DNA of 64,000 nucleotides. It comes from Adineta vaga (Eukaryota > Animalia > Rotifera). Where the stretch lies: positions 434,001 to 498,000 of the forward strand of contig CP075492.1 of NCBI GenBank assembly GCA_021613535.1, written 5' to 3'. Below the pieces are notes generated by a model. The model was not told where the DNA came from. It worked only from the letters and a program-made list of their open reading frames with translations, and ran no database searches. Of the stretch, positions 34,551-48,705 are shown piece after piece (positions within the stretch are counted from its first letter, which is position 1; every line of letters begins with the position of its first letter). The position numbers were made by a program, and so were the translations under genes.

Positions 34551-37500
34551 TTGTCGTCTTTTATTGATGATTGTTAATAGGAAAATAATAAATTTGACAA
34601 TTTGAGGTGTAATAATACGTAGTGAAACAATCAGACCACCAATCATGGATATCAATGTTAATGTTACTTCAAAAATTGTTTTTGTACGAATTGTTTGAGA
34701 ATAAGTGCAATAACTCGGTGCACAGGATTCATAAAAGCTATTGTATGAACGAGATATATTCCATCTTTCAATCATCATATCTTGAAGTATTGTTTTAATT
34801 GAAATATTCGGAGGAAAACGACTCACTGCTGAGTCATAATTGAGAGGACGTGGATAAAACCACTGTGAATCTAGGACAGTTTCAACATATGTCTGTTCTA
34901 TGAACTTTATTACGCTCGAAAAACAATCAGAACCTGAATAGAAACATTCAAGTGTCGAAAGTTGAAGAGAATCAACAGGAGAACAACCATCGAACGATCC
35001 TGGAACTATATAAGCGATGTTATAGTCGATATCTATAGGGCCAACTTCCTCATTATAGTAGATGGTAACTTGTTCCTGACAATTAGAATTTGTAGCACAA
35101 ATACATTCAATATCAGTCGAATTGATATTCACAGGACCATTGAATGGAAATGACAACTAAAATAAAATGGATCTCTGTATGTTTTTAGTAGTTAATTTGA
35201 AAGAATCATTGTCTACTACAAAGTAAACAATCTTTCTGAATGATAAAATCTAGTAGAATATCGTTCTTATAAAAAGCCTTCTAAAAAGTCTTAATATGAT
35301 GAATTATGATATATGATTATGTAAGTAATTCAATTAGCGAAAATAACGCGCTATATAGTGACCTGCACGTCTGAATATTTTTACAACCTGCAACTTGTCC
35401 TTCGAAACTTTTGGTTACCTAATTGTGCCACGTATACTCTAGAAAAAGATACTTTAACGATCATTCGAAAATGTTCCTAGAAATGTACGTAGTCCAAAAG
35501 GTAAGTTTTCAGATTTTCGAAATCTTTAACGGATGTTTTCTCGAGCACAATCTCGGAGCTTTATAGTACAGGAGCGGATCTAGGAGTTTGGAAGAGGGTG
35601 GGGCGCGATTTCAGCTAAAAACAAGTTTTTGAGGACATTTGAAGTAGTATGATTTATTTTTTCGTTCGATTTCCCTGGGAAAAATCGAAAAATTTTGTCA
35701 TAAGGGGGAGGCGACTGTTCCCATTGTCGCCTTAAATCCGCCACTGTTCTAATACGAAACCTTTTTAAGTTTCATAGAGGAAAACAATTTAATAGTTGAT
35801 ATTTAAGCTGGGAGAAATTATAACAGCCTGTATAAGACATAAACACTGAAAATTCATTTCCATGTTTCAAACTACAATGAAAACTATGGTTATGATTGTC
35901 ATTATTAAACACACTCACGCACGACAATATTCTCAGTTAAGTGTCTTTCATCAGCCTTTAACTTCTTTCTTTTATTAATAAAATGTATAACTAGTTTTAT
36001 TTCAAAAGAACTCTGAAAACGAATATTTAAAGTTAGTAGATATACCTGTACTGGTGGGTAATTTGTCCTGTTTGCAATCGGTATACCACTCATATAATTT
36101 GTCGATTCATTTGAGATTAAATATACCTCAAAACTAGCACCATCAGTCGGCAGTGATGCCATAAAAGGCTGATCAACTTGCAGAAGAAGCTGTGCTGCAT
36201 TGATGGAAAATCCAAAAGAGGTGGTTGTTGATTGGAAAAATTCTTCTAAAGTTGTATTTAATTGTATATTGAAATTGATTTCTGTCAACACACTTGAAGC
36301 AATAAATGCTTGTAGAAGAAGACGATGAACAGCATCATCAACTGTTTTATTAGCCAATCGACAAAGCTCTGATAATAATGAAAATTGTGAGGCAGCTATA
36401 TTACGCCAATCAGTAGTAATCATTGAATTTGTGCCATCTTTCAATATTTTAAGCCAACGATCGTCAATCAAATCACTTGAACAAACTTGATGAAAGACTG
36501 GAGACAATGAGACGAATGTCTGATAAGGTATTATTATAGTTGAACAAGGACATCTGAGAGTATCTGAATACAGAATTTGCAAGTTATTGTAAGTGGTTAA
36601 TGTTGGAGTTAGGACAGTTATTGTAACTGTTTGAGTGCTCAGTGAAGTAAACAGGACAAGAACAATGATTGAACCTAATCATACAAACATAGATATATAT
36701 GTATTAATAAAAACATATTTTTAATAATTCGAATATAGTATGGGATTATACGTTTCTTAATCAGCTTAGTATAGAATTAGTTTTATATATGGGAGATATG
36801 GCTGAATCTAATTTGATTTTAAGTCCAATTTTATATAAACACCAAGAAACGATGAATAATTCGGTTTTTTCATGCAGTTTGTGCTGCTAAGATTCACATT
36901 AGTTGTTCGAGTGCGGCTTAGTTAGATGTTTATCTAAAAACTTCCCAGTTTTAAAAGACTTTCTACTGTGTGAGCAAGGAGCTTTCTTAACTAGATCGGT
37001 GTTTACATTAGACTGTATTCGCGACAAAATTTCATACTATATATGATAGTGTAAGTATCACGATTTTCCTACAAAAATGTCATTTATATCGGACAGGATT
37101 AAGCTAAATACGGTCACTTTAAATGTTGTAATTTTGATTAGCATAATTTACTATCAACATCTATATTCGTTTCTAGGAAAAATCACGTAAATGATGAAAC
37201 CATTTGATTTCGAATTGTAGACTTTTGTTTTTATAAATTAGTTTCAATATACAGATCTTCTAATCAGATAACGATTCTAACACTAGAATCGAAATCTATC
37301 TTTGTCATGTGACATATATTCTGCATCTTTTAAATTTTCAAATTTTCAGCTGATCATCTTCTAGAATTTAGAGTCAGAAAAAAGAGGCTATTGTAAGAAT
37401 ACAAGCTCGGTTTCCACTTTACCAGTACGTCAATGTACTTGATGCACTCTTTGCGATAGAAATAAATGATTTTGAAGTATAAATAAAGAGTAGATCAGTA

Positions 37501-40500
37501 AACTCATACTTTTATCTCTTACGATCGATAATAGTATTGGACAACTACATTTATATGACATTCGTTTATCCATAACAGAATAAAAGCTAATCATGCTTAA
37601 CTAATACATTTTTTTGTCGTTAGAAATCCTATAGAAGTATTCAGTAAAAGTAATCATACCAGCTAGCAAAACAAAATAGATACGTGTGACCATCATCTGT
37701 TGTTTGATACTGCTTTCTGTTCGATCATTAGCCACTTTAAATAAATTGAACCGCTTTAATGATTGAGAAAATCTGTTGAAACATGTGTTTCGAGAAGCTA
37801 TAAATCATGTAAGAAGCCTTAGGGTAACGCTATTTGCATTCTTTTCAATACATACTCAGATCAATATTTATGTTTCTTGAACGACGTTTGATTTTCACCA
37901 AAATTTTGATCAGAAATGGTACAAACAAACGAAATATAATAATGAGACCGCCATAGAGACTTATGAACAAAGTAACTGCATAAGATAAGTTAGTCTGATC
38001 TGTTGTTACGTATGTGCAGTATGATGGAGCACATTTTTTAAAATATTTTAAATAATTCATTTGTGTTGACCAACTCTCGATGAAAAGATTATTGAAATAA
38101 TCGTTCACAGATATATTTTCTTGTTTTGAAGTCAGGACTGAATCAGTCCAATTAATTTCCATCTAAATAAAACGGTTATTTAAATGATTGAACAGTATAT
38201 TATACACACTTGATTAAGAGCAGGAAAGTAGTTGAGCAATAATTGAAGACATATGGTATTGTATAAACAATCGAGTGTGCTTGGAAGAAGACTTTCAAGT
38301 GGACTACATCCTCCAAAAAATCCATCGACAATCGGAGTACCAGGAGAAGGCAAATACGAAAATCTAATGAACGTATATAAATACGTAGATAGATACTCCG
38401 GAAGAGCAGCTGGAGTTATTATATTTCCACTACCACAACTAGTACGAATACTACTCATACCACTAAGTGCGTCGTATGGACTATATGCTGTTGGATATGC
38501 ATAAAAATGAAACTGATTATAAATATTTGCCATTACCATCAGCGCATTTGTATTGAGAGCCGATATTAAGTTATTTGCTTGATTTGCAATTCTGAGATAA
38601 TTCAAAAATGAACTAATTCCAACAGATGCACTGCTTTTAGAGAATTCAACAGCAGCAGTCACTTCCGATTGAATTTGGGCTTCAGGAAGAAGAGATATCG
38701 TGAGGAAATCCTTATCGCCAATATCATTCTGGTTATGCAGAACTATTGATTGGGAAAGTGCACAAAGACTAGACAATAGTTCAAACTAAATCGACAAAAA
38801 AATCAATTAAAATAATTCTCTCTAACGATGGAACGATCCGAGCTGACGTCTCTTGTTTAATCTCATAGTGTAGATAGAAGCTCCAGAAGGATTCATAGCC
38901 AAACCTTGTTGTTGTTGATATATTAGATTCTTAAGATATCGAGACAAATGATTGCAGTGGTCCTTCTCAGATGCATCAAAAAAACTCATTTACAGATTTC
39001 TGCTTGAAACTTTGAATAGAGAGAGAGAGTAGTTTACTGTGAAACTTTCAGCTTTATCGAATGCTCCTAAATACAAATTAGAGTACCAGTACTAACCTCT
39101 GACGTTATAAATTATGATAGCTATATCTTTCAAGAGAAACAGAGAGTTGCTCTGAAACTTTCACAATAAACTACTCTGATGAAGAGTACTTTCTATCTAA
39201 AATTTGAAGCACGAATCCGAAAATAGTTTTTTTTGATGTATCTGAGAAGGACCATCGTAATCAGTTGTCTAGACATCTCAGGAATCCGATCTATCAACAA
39301 CAACAACAGGATTTCACGATGAACCCTTTTCGGACTTCTGTCCACACTTTGAACTCAAGCAGAAATTGCCACTTGAGAAGATTTCTTCATCAGTGTTGAT
39401 CAGGGAAAGGTGAAAAATTAACATTTCTCTCTTGTTTGTTCTTATAATATATCACGCAAGAGCTATTTTGTTTCTCAAAATTTATAAATTCGCCAAAAAA
39501 TAACTAACTTACAGTGAAATTTTCTTAAGAATGTTTCTTAGTAGTTTTTAATCTTGTTTTTTTAACATATAACTCCTATCGAGATTGACGTCAGTCGTGA
39601 TTGATAGATATATTGTGATTCTTTAAGATAATTTATTGTCATAGATTCGATTATAAATATACGCCATTTTTGAAGTTATAAAATAAGAAATTTCTTACCG
39701 AGAGTTATGGAATAACGCGTTCTAAAAACTAAAATAATTTATCTCGTTTTAAATCCTTAGCCTAATACATTCTATTTAATTTTTTTAATGAAAAATAAGG
39801 CTCACACAAGAACAGATATTTGACTTACTTGAGAACTAGCCGACGTTCGAAAATCTGTCATTCCATAATCACTTGCTTTGTCGAAATGCAACGCTGAAAT
39901 CCATTGTTGACTGACGAAAAGACTCGAACAGACAGGATGAAATGTGATTGTATTCGAAACGAAATCTTTATAAGGTATTGCATTTGTCGAACATGGACAT
40001 ATAAGAGTATCAGCGTGATCACGGTAAAGATCATTGAAAACGGCAGAAGTCACTTCTGAGATAGTGACTGTGTGGAATCCTGGTTTCATCAAAGCAGTGT
40101 AGAAAAGTACATAAAGTGACACTAAAAGCAGAGAAAAAGTAATCAAAATTCTGAGAGCATTTTCTTCTCAGTTATTTGTCATTTAACCATATTTTATGTT
40201 TTCCAAAAAATAGTTGAGCTCAAATCTAGTTCAGTCGAAGAATGTACTGCTGAGTCCAAGGGGGAAAAAGCGAAAAATCTGTATTCCAGTGTACTCATTG
40301 TACTCCAACTGGTGCACTATAACACTGGTCACTAGTGAACTTGAAAACACTGAAAAAAATCTCAAGGATAGCTATAATTCATCGAGGGAGTACAATGAGT
40401 ACACTGGAGCACCGACTTTTCGCTTTCTCCCTCTTGGCTGAGTCTAATAAGATGCAAAAAACCAATATAATATGAAAGTCTATTAACAACAAAATCGGAG

Positions 40501-43500
40501 AATAATAAAACACCATTTTCTCTTCATTTGCGTGGAATCAGCAAATAAATTTACTATTTAACAGTTTGAACAGTTGAGTCTTTTTGCTCGTAGACTTTTG
40601 ATTATACAACTTTTAATATGTGTCGAATCTATACTAGATTTTATGTATACGATGGTACGGACGTGGATGTGAATGTCAGTATTTTATATCTACATGCGCA
40701 CTCGCTTATACTCTCTGATTTTTCAAACTTATCTGATTTAAAATGTTTTTAAACGTTAAAAATGGCACAAGGAGTCGGTATCAGTATTTAAAAAAACATC
40801 GACTATTTATTTCTATCTCAATTATCGATAATGCCAAAGCTTTTTCGTACAAATGTTTTGATCAGAAGAGAACATATATGGGGTATTCCATGAGATCTCA
40901 ATCACTCTATCCACAAGTTTCTCTAGATCGCTTGAAATTTTCAGCGTTTGTAGACCCTAGTATCCTAGTAAAATCCTAAGCACCAGTTGTCTAAAATTCC
41001 TCAATACGGAGAAGTAATCAATTATGATATTTCTTTGGATCTTTAGGTAAAATTACGAAAACTTAATTTTTGCGAAAATCATGTTGTTGGAAAATCTCTT
41101 CAATTAGACACATAAAGTAGCAACTATCTCACATATTCTGAAAACTGATGACTTAAGCTACGTTTGGACTATAATATGTTAGTTTTTTCGTAAAAATGTT
41201 GGTTGCATTATCCCTTCATATGTGTTGCTCATTGACCGAAGACTGGAGTATAATTTTATAATAAAAAACTTTGAAAAAAATCTCATTCCTAAAAAGCATA
41301 GGCGGCGCGCCCTATATGCGAAGCGAAGCAATAACTTTCTATTGCTTCGCTTAATTTTTGATATTCTGATAGTTGTTAAAACTATCCCAGTGTATTACAA
41401 AACTTGTTTATGATCTCTGATCTCTGAAAGCACTATTTTACTAAGTGTACCTGACATATATCGTGATCATGGAACTTTAAGTCCGTTTTGATGATATGAA
41501 CGAAAAAATAAAGTCCAATGTTTTCGTCTTCCCTTCTGATACAGAAAGAAAATCTAACGGACTTCTTTCATTTGCTATTGCTCTCATCATTTTTGATTTT
41601 ATAGTTGAGTTCAAATATATTTTAGCATTGGCGGCGCACCACATAGGCGAAAGGGAGACAATTGCCTTCCTGGATATAACCACAAAGAAGGCTCGTCCGA
41701 AAATTCACTCAGCTCTTTCCCACAGTAATAATGTCAAGGGGAAAAGAGCGAAATCCTGATTTTCTGGAATTCTGACTTGTACATAGGGGCGTCAAAAAGT
41801 TCTCGTAACAGTTCTCTAAAATTTCGTTCTAATTGATTTTATTCCTCATATTGGCCTGTTCTAGTAGTGACATCTGTTATGTATTAAAATACCAATACGA
41901 AGTTTCATAAGTGTCTATCATGGCAAATTTTTAAAGAATTTTTTGAACACCTCTATTTTCATTTGGAAAAACAGTGTATACGCTCGTATATAAAAACTCG
42001 TTTATTATTAGGCTTAACAGCTACACAAATTCATAATGAATTAGCTGTTGTGTAAGGCCCAGATGTAGTTTCATATAGTATAGTTACTCAGTGGATTCAA
42101 CGATTTTTAAATAAGCGAGAGTCATTGGAAGATCATCCTCGAAGTGGCCGTCCGTTATCCGGCATCACTCAACAGAATATTGATGGAGCTAAAGACCTGG
42201 TGAATGATGATCCACATATTATTATTGATTATGTTACTGCCATCTTAGACACAGTTAACACATCACTTATTGTGGTGGATACTTGAAGATATTAGTAAAA
42301 AATTTAGATAAGAGAAAATCACCATCAACAGAAGATAGCATAAATTTACATTAAAAAAATGCAGTAGTAAGTATGGAAAATATTGTTCTTCATTTTAATT
42401 ATCTTCAAGAAGAAAAAATCAATGTTATGGCTCATCTACCATATTCACCTGACCTTGCACCTTCAGATTTTTGGTTGTTCAATTATTTGAAATGTGGCCT
42501 TGATACATGCCCAGATGTAATAAGTTTAGCTAAAATGTTATCCAGGGAGCTTCATTCAATACCTATTCACGAATATCAAAAGACATTTCAGAAATGGATT
42601 GAAAGGATGAAACTTTGTATAGAACATCGTGGGGACTACTGCGAATATTTACTGTAAAAAGATTACCAAAATGTTTTTTCTTTGAATAAATATTTGAAAG
42701 TCCGACAATTTATTGACTGACCTATGTAGAATTCGGTGGATTTTATGAGTTTTGGGAAATCCCACAGAGAATTTATGGCAATTCAAGAATCCAGATTCCG
42801 CTCTTTCTCCCTTAAATCATGTCTCCTAACTATCATCAAGCTTTTATTTCATTAAATTTAAAAAATCATGTTAGTTCGAGTTGCTCGGCTTTGACTACCT
42901 TTCTTCAAAGTTTGATGAAAAATAGCTGGATGTCGAAAACTTATTGTTACCGTCTCAAGTGACACGAGGGGTAAATTGCTGGGTCTGCATCGCCCCGATA
43001 ATCTTTGGAACTTTTGCTGTTTTTGCCTGCCAGTCTCACAAGTTTTCTTCAAACTTTTGAAAGTTTTTTTAACTCTGAAAAATCTTCGAAGATTTCCGAA
43101 AAAAATCTGAAAGACGAGTAAAAGCTCTTAAAATGTTTGAATATTTTTAAAATTTTGCAGAAAATTTTGCAACTATCAACGCTCTCTCAGTCTTTCGGGT
43201 TTCGGAACACGACACATTACCGCTGGTTTAAAAAAACTAATTGCTTCCTCTATAAGATTGAGCCTGCGTCGCCCATGCCAAAAAGACCATATATAGAGCT
43301 TTGTAGAGAATTAAATTCACTACAAGATGTATTACATTAGAGCTCCCGCTTTTTCTAACCAAAAACTGCTCAACAAATAGTCTGTTTTTGACATTCCTAG
43401 GATGAGAGAGCAACCATTAGGAGTACTATCTTTACTAAAAGTTATTTCCCCATCTACAGTAATATTATACGGTTCTTAGAGCTTTTAATTCAGAGTTTTT

Positions 43501-46370
43501 TTATATCAAAATATTGCCAGTTATCTTTTGTTCTTATAAAGATATGTTTAAAATACTTTTGATACTAAAAGAAACCTACTTTTCTATGTGATTTTCTTGT
43601 AAAACTGTGTTGACAAATGATTTTTCGCTGTTTTCTCTATGAGAACAAGGTGAAAACTTAAACCCGAAACCATAGTCAGATTCCTTGTGAAAAGGCGCAT
43701 CGAAATAGACTACAATTGTCTTATTTAATGCCGGATATGACGAAAATAATAAGAATCTACGAAAGAAAACAGATGAGAAGTCCTGGTAAAAATCACGGTA
43801 GATACAGTGTAGCTTCGTACTTTAACAGGATTTTGATTTGAACCTGCAAGAGTTTCGTGTTTCCTACGAAGCCATTTTTCGCTGTACGAAACTTTAAAAA
43901 AAGGTTCTGTAGGTGAGGGTTCGACTCGTGAGTTATATGTCGAACGATTAAAGGTTCTGTCCAATTTGTTGTTTTATTTTTTGAGACTTTCGACATGATT
44001 GGAAGCATTGAGACATATCTAGAAACTCTTTTTTTGAAAGTTCAGGAAAACTCCTTGTTTTCAAAATGGTACGCAACTCTCTTCTGAAATAAGGTTAATC
44101 TTAGAAATCGAGTACTGAGTAGTCGAAGCCTGACTTGAAACCGGATCGACCGATCCAGGCTCATCACTTAACCGGCGAAAAACCAGCCGGTTTGAATGTT
44201 TTGCTTTACCGACAAAAACCCGATACACTTCGTGCACCAATTAATCAATCAGCATGGTCGAATAACAGCCTGTTAGTTCAGTTTGACGGAAATATTCGAT
44301 GTCAAAGTCATAATTTGTGTAGTTTTTACTAGTAATAGCTCTCATTTTAGCCCGTCATGGTTCACGTGCCAACATTCAGAGCAAACAAAGGATTCCATCA
44401 GTGTTGTTTCACTGACAAACCACAGAGTTTGATATTAAACAACTTCTAACTATGTTTTGGCTGACATTTTTTCCAGTAGTAATATGGTTTCGTTACAGTT
44501 CACAAATTTGATCTATTTTTATTTGAAGTAACTATTTAATACGGTGGAAAAGTATTCCATCGCCAAAAGGATGATACTCCTAACAAAATGATAAAATGAG
44601 CCGACATGTACTGTCTTCATATTAGACTTCCTATTTAAGACCTCTCAATATCTAAGTATTTTCACAGTTACATGATGGCAGTTGTCAAAACGGTTTCTGC
44701 AATAGAACATAATCATCTTTAATATGTTGGCGTAAAAGCATAGCATAAAATCTATTAACCCTCGTACGGTGTCCTCAATTTTTCACACAGAAGGTGTTGT
44801 GTGGGTCCAGAAGGACCTAAATATAAATAAGTTAAGAAAGCTTGGTTTTTTTGTGTTCTCTGCAATAGATATGATGTATCAAGCCCTATGGTATGTTTTT
44901 ATCGAAACCCGAAGACATTAGTACGGAAGTGATGTATAAAATGATCGATTTTGCATAAATACAACGAAAGACGACAAGAGAAATATTTCGATAAACACAT
45001 AACAAAATCGTCAAAAAAAGATTAAAAAAACAAACGATTCACGATTGGCAGCGTTGTACTAACATATCTATGATAAATAAACTCTCAACATAATAGAAGG
45101 CAGATACTATATAGACGAAAACCATCTGTATAACATAAAAGTTGTCAGGGGGTCCGTGTGGACCCACCCTTCAGTTTTTCAGTGGTAGGACCTATATGTG
45201 AAATTTATTATGGTACTTATACACCGTCAGGGGACTAACGATTAGCGAAACGATGGGTCCGAACAGGATAGATCTTTGTGTAGAAAATATAAAAAAACAG
45301 TGCTGTGGATCCGACCGGACCCACACACAACGAACAACGGTTAACTATCGTCATTCTATTAGAATTAGTCCAAAATTAGTCCTGAAAAATGGCATCAAAA
45401 TTCGCAGATGAACTCTCTATAGTTTCGAGCGATTTTAATTTCTAACATATCAGTAGTTTTCGTGTATATAAAATATTTTATCCGATATACTCGGAAGTGC
45501 TGATCATAGGATCAGAAAATATTAGTGAATCTATAAAGTGGGAATTTTGGCGATGTGTAAAAGTTTATCAATTGGAAACTTCCAGGGACACACCTTTTGA
45601 TCGGTAAACAAAAGTAAACTCCAAAGTGTGTAAACTGAAAATTGGGAATTCACCTACGTTTTCCTGTTTTAAGAAACAATTCTTGACACTGCTGAACTTC
45701 ACTCCGTAAAACAGAACAAAACTACTCATTACCCGGAAGTGAAATTCCCATAAAAGAACAATTGTATTCTGTTTTTGAGAATCACTTCCAGGTTTTGAGT
45801 ACTTTGTTTCGTTTTGGGAACGACACTTCCGTTTTCAAAACATAGCTCTCATGAGGGTGAGGGTATACTTAAGTGGTGTGGTTCAGTAGGTTTATGCAAA
45901 ATATCATAAATTTGAATGCGTAGCTGAGCTCCAAATTTGGGGTTCACTTTTATTGACCCTTTATATCATTGGAAACATGAATATCGCTAAGAACTAGTAA
46001 AACAGGCAAATTTTAGTGCGCTAAAAAGTTTTCAGAAATGAAAAAAGGACCGACAAAATACAGGTGAAGACTGGCCGGTTTGAAAAGTTGGACCGGACTG
46101 GTTCCAGGTCTGCTCGGAGCGTCTTACCTCTACTCATAATGATACTGTGAAGCACCAAATTCTAAAAAAAGAAGTTTCAGCATCCAACTTACTGGTGAGA
46201 AGAAATACATATAACCAAGTACTATATTTTTGATGTTTCAGTTGAATTGCCGGATCTTCTTTTTGATCTTCGTTATCATCATCACTATATTCATTTTCTT
46301 CAGGCATAAATAGATTGTAATCGCTTGTGTACTCATAAAACCAATGGAATAGACCTTTCAGGCGCATCAT
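29958..46370 (-). CDS. 12-exon ~1862-aa membrane protein: three tandem 2-TM Cys-rich modules + TM + Thr-rich stalk + 7-repeat FG-GAP propeller
   Basis: Exons 46370-46193, 40121-39829, 38785-38210, 38162-37856, 37797-37660, 36674-36046, 35156-34511, 34109-33742, 33615-32570, 32520-32384, 31810-31715 and 31132-29958. All introns are GT-AG, all phases are compatible, total 5589 nt. Motifs CxCS, CSS, GCxP, STL(E/D)C, CxPxxCxY and GGL recur three times. Confidence 0.85.
34512..34553 (-). repeat. CAA microsatellite encoding poly-Gln in the linker between modules 2 and 3
   Basis: (ttg)n on the plus strand; QQQQQQQHQQQQQ in the translation. Confidence 0.9.
35569..35746. mobile_element. Intronic hAT-type MITE
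   Basis: caggagcggatctagg ... ccttaaatccgccactg; flanks ttatagta / ttctaata (6/8). Confidence 0.65.
38880..39335. mobile_element. Intronic foldback/MITE
   Basis: ttgttgttgttgata...tggtccttctcagatgcatcaaaaaaac pairs with gttttttttgatgtatctgagaaggacca...tatcaacaacaacaa. Confidence 0.7.
40257..40436. mobile_element. CAAGGGG-family hAT MITE with a perfect 8-bp TSD
   Basis: GCTGAGTC|caagggggaaaaagcgaaaa ... ttttcgctttctccctcttg|GCTGAGTC. Confidence 0.9.
41735..42814. mobile_element. CAAGGGG-family hAT MITE carrying a nested mariner
   Basis: caaggggaaaagagcg ... cgctctttctccctta; flanks aataatgt / aatcatgt (7/8). Confidence 0.8.
41782..42726 (+). mobile_element. Internally deleted mariner transposon (transposase pseudogene)
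   Basis: TA|catagg..gtcaa.aa TIRs|TA; HTH remnant IRSYIKTRLLLGLTATQIHNEL...LEDHPRSGRP with a stop; HLPYSPDLAPSDFWLF at 42373-42657. Confidence 0.88.
44759..45340. mobile_element. piggyBac-type MITE
   Basis: TTAA|ccctcgtacggtgt ... acaacgaacaacgg|TTAA; internal repeated GGGTCC-N-GGACCC palindromes. Confidence 0.7.
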
Positions 46371-46785
46371 ACAAAGTAAATCAAGTTGATCTAAAAAATT
46401 CTTTAGAGAATGAAAGTATGATTTGGTATTCTCGGAGATGATTCGAATATTTTGTTCTAGAAGGAAAAGTTGTTCCTAAATATTAATTAGCTTTAAAGTG
46501 GATATAAAAATTTCTAAGAAAATTGCACTATAGATAAACAAACAATATTTCAGATGAAAAGTGGACGTCAATTGAAGCTTCCAGTAGGATTCAATACTCG
46601 AAAAATAGGTATATTATTCAATCGCACCTGCTATCAAGATCTGCACGGAGATACAGCAACTTCTGACCAGTTCCTAAGTGAAAGATAAAGAGAAAAAATT
46701 AATGAATGGATACTGAAAGATCGAGACATAACAGAAGCGCATTTTCTTCGCGCGCAACGGCATCTCCAAATATTTCTTATGGAAA

Positions 46786-48705
46786 ATGGAAATATTGACT
46801 AGATTGTATAAGAAGCAACTTCACCATGGAGATCGGTACCCTGTGATCTCTATGCCGGTCACAAGCCCGGACAAACGAGGAGCGTTAGACGGAAGGGCTG
46901 CAGATACCGCCGTCTGTAAAAAGAAAAGACGAAAGAAACTAACCATGAACGACTTTAGCACGAAACCATACCGGCTCGAACGTCGCCCGGGAAAACAAGG
47001 TCCGCGTCCTCTGTCGAGTGACCAGGGCAGAGTCGGAAAATTGACTACTGGAAAGAACTCACATTTGAAATACGCGACAAAAAATACGCAAATACTCACA
47101 CCTGCCAAAAATAATCTGACAATAGGAACATGGAACGTGCAGACCCTTTGGGCTCCAGGAAAACTGAAATTACTTAGAAATGAAATGAAACGTTTCAAAT
47201 ATGACATCATTAGAATTTCTGAAGTGCGATGGACAGGAAAAGTGGAAACACTAAATGGTGATTTCATCTGGTCCAGGGAAGAGACCTTACATATGAAGGG
47301 TGTAGTTTTCTTACTGAGCGCACGGGCTAAAAAGGCTTTAATAGGATATAATCTAACAAGCTCACGAATCATTTCGGCGCGATTCGATGCTACTCCATTT
47401 AAAATCTCAGTCATACATGTATATGCACCAACTTCTGCATCGTCAGAAGAGGACATTGAAGCATTCTATAGCGATATTGAGGAAGTAATAACAAAGACAG
47501 ATAAGAAAGATGTAATCATTTTGACAGGAGATTGGAATGCAAAAATTGGTAATGATAATACAGATTGGGAATCCATTATGGGTAAATACGGTTATAGCGA
47601 CAGAAACGAACGCGAAGAATGCCTTCTAGAATTTGCAATATTGCACAGTTTCTACATATGTAACACAAGGTTTCAACATAAACCTAGTCGAAAATAGACT
47701 TGGGCGTCACCAGATGGCATCCACAAGAACATGATTGATCTGATTCTCATTCAAAGAAGATGGAAGACGTCGGTCATCAACTGTAGAACATTTCAGAGCG
47801 CAGACATAAGCTGAGATCACTAACTAGTCGTATATAACATCAAACTGCGACTCAAGAAAATGTTTAAAAAGCCGCAACAATCTTATACAGTTGATGTAAA
47901 CCCATTGAAAGATAAGAAAATAAGACAATCATACAGTACTACACTAATAAAAAACATAGAAAACGTAGAGCCAGCATGTAAATTGGAAGTCCATTCAAAT
48001 AAACTAAAACAGGCAATTCAAAATACAGTAGAGGCAACGATACCTGCAAAAAGAAAAACTAGGAAACCGTTGATTTCCAAAGTGACACTAAAACTTGCTG
48101 ATGAAAAACGTTTCCATAGAATACACAGCAATGCAAAGACTCATGTCGGAGAATCCAGAAATCCGCAAGACAGGACAAAGAACATTGGATACGAGACCAT
48201 TGTGAACAAGCTGAAAAAGGTCTAAACATTGGAAATACCAAAGAAGCATACAGCCTATTAAAAATGTTGAAAAAGGATTTTGACCTCGATTAAGTGCCAT
48301 ACGAAACAAAGAGGGTACGATGTCACAGTCAAAGGAAGATATAAAACAAAGATGGACACAATATTGTAGTAGTCTGTATAAAGATTCTGGTGGGGGAGAC
48401 AGGATGGTAAAAGAACCGAAAGAAGGAGATCTCAGCAAATGCTCGAACTACCGAACGATCTCTCTTATCAATCATACACGAAAAGTACTCTTAATAGTAC
48501 TACTAAATCGATTGAAAAACCAGCTGGATCCGTAACTCTCGGAAGAGCAGGCAGGATTCCGGAAAAACAGGAGCACCGTACATCAAATTCCGATACTAAG
48601 ATTATTGGCTGAAAAGGCAAAAAGACAGGGGAAAAGAATATATAATTGTTTCATAGACTTTCAAAAAGCATTCGATACGATTAAACATAAAATCATCTGG
48701 GTGTG
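46786..48705 (+). mobile_element. Degraded non-LTR retrotransposon (RTE-like LINE): APE endonuclease and partial reverse transcriptase
   Basis: IGTWNVQTL, SEVRW, VYAPT, GDWNAKIG, IDLIL; then YRTISLINH, QAGFRKNRST and FIDFQKAFD; several stops and frameshifts; 3' truncated. Confidence 0.9.

Noticed and set aside
39170-39200. CTGATGA hammerhead core
   Set aside because: No stem II-GAAA downstream; it lies within a foldback element
46821-47456. 211-aa antisense ORF
   Set aside because: Shadow frame of the LINE endonuclease
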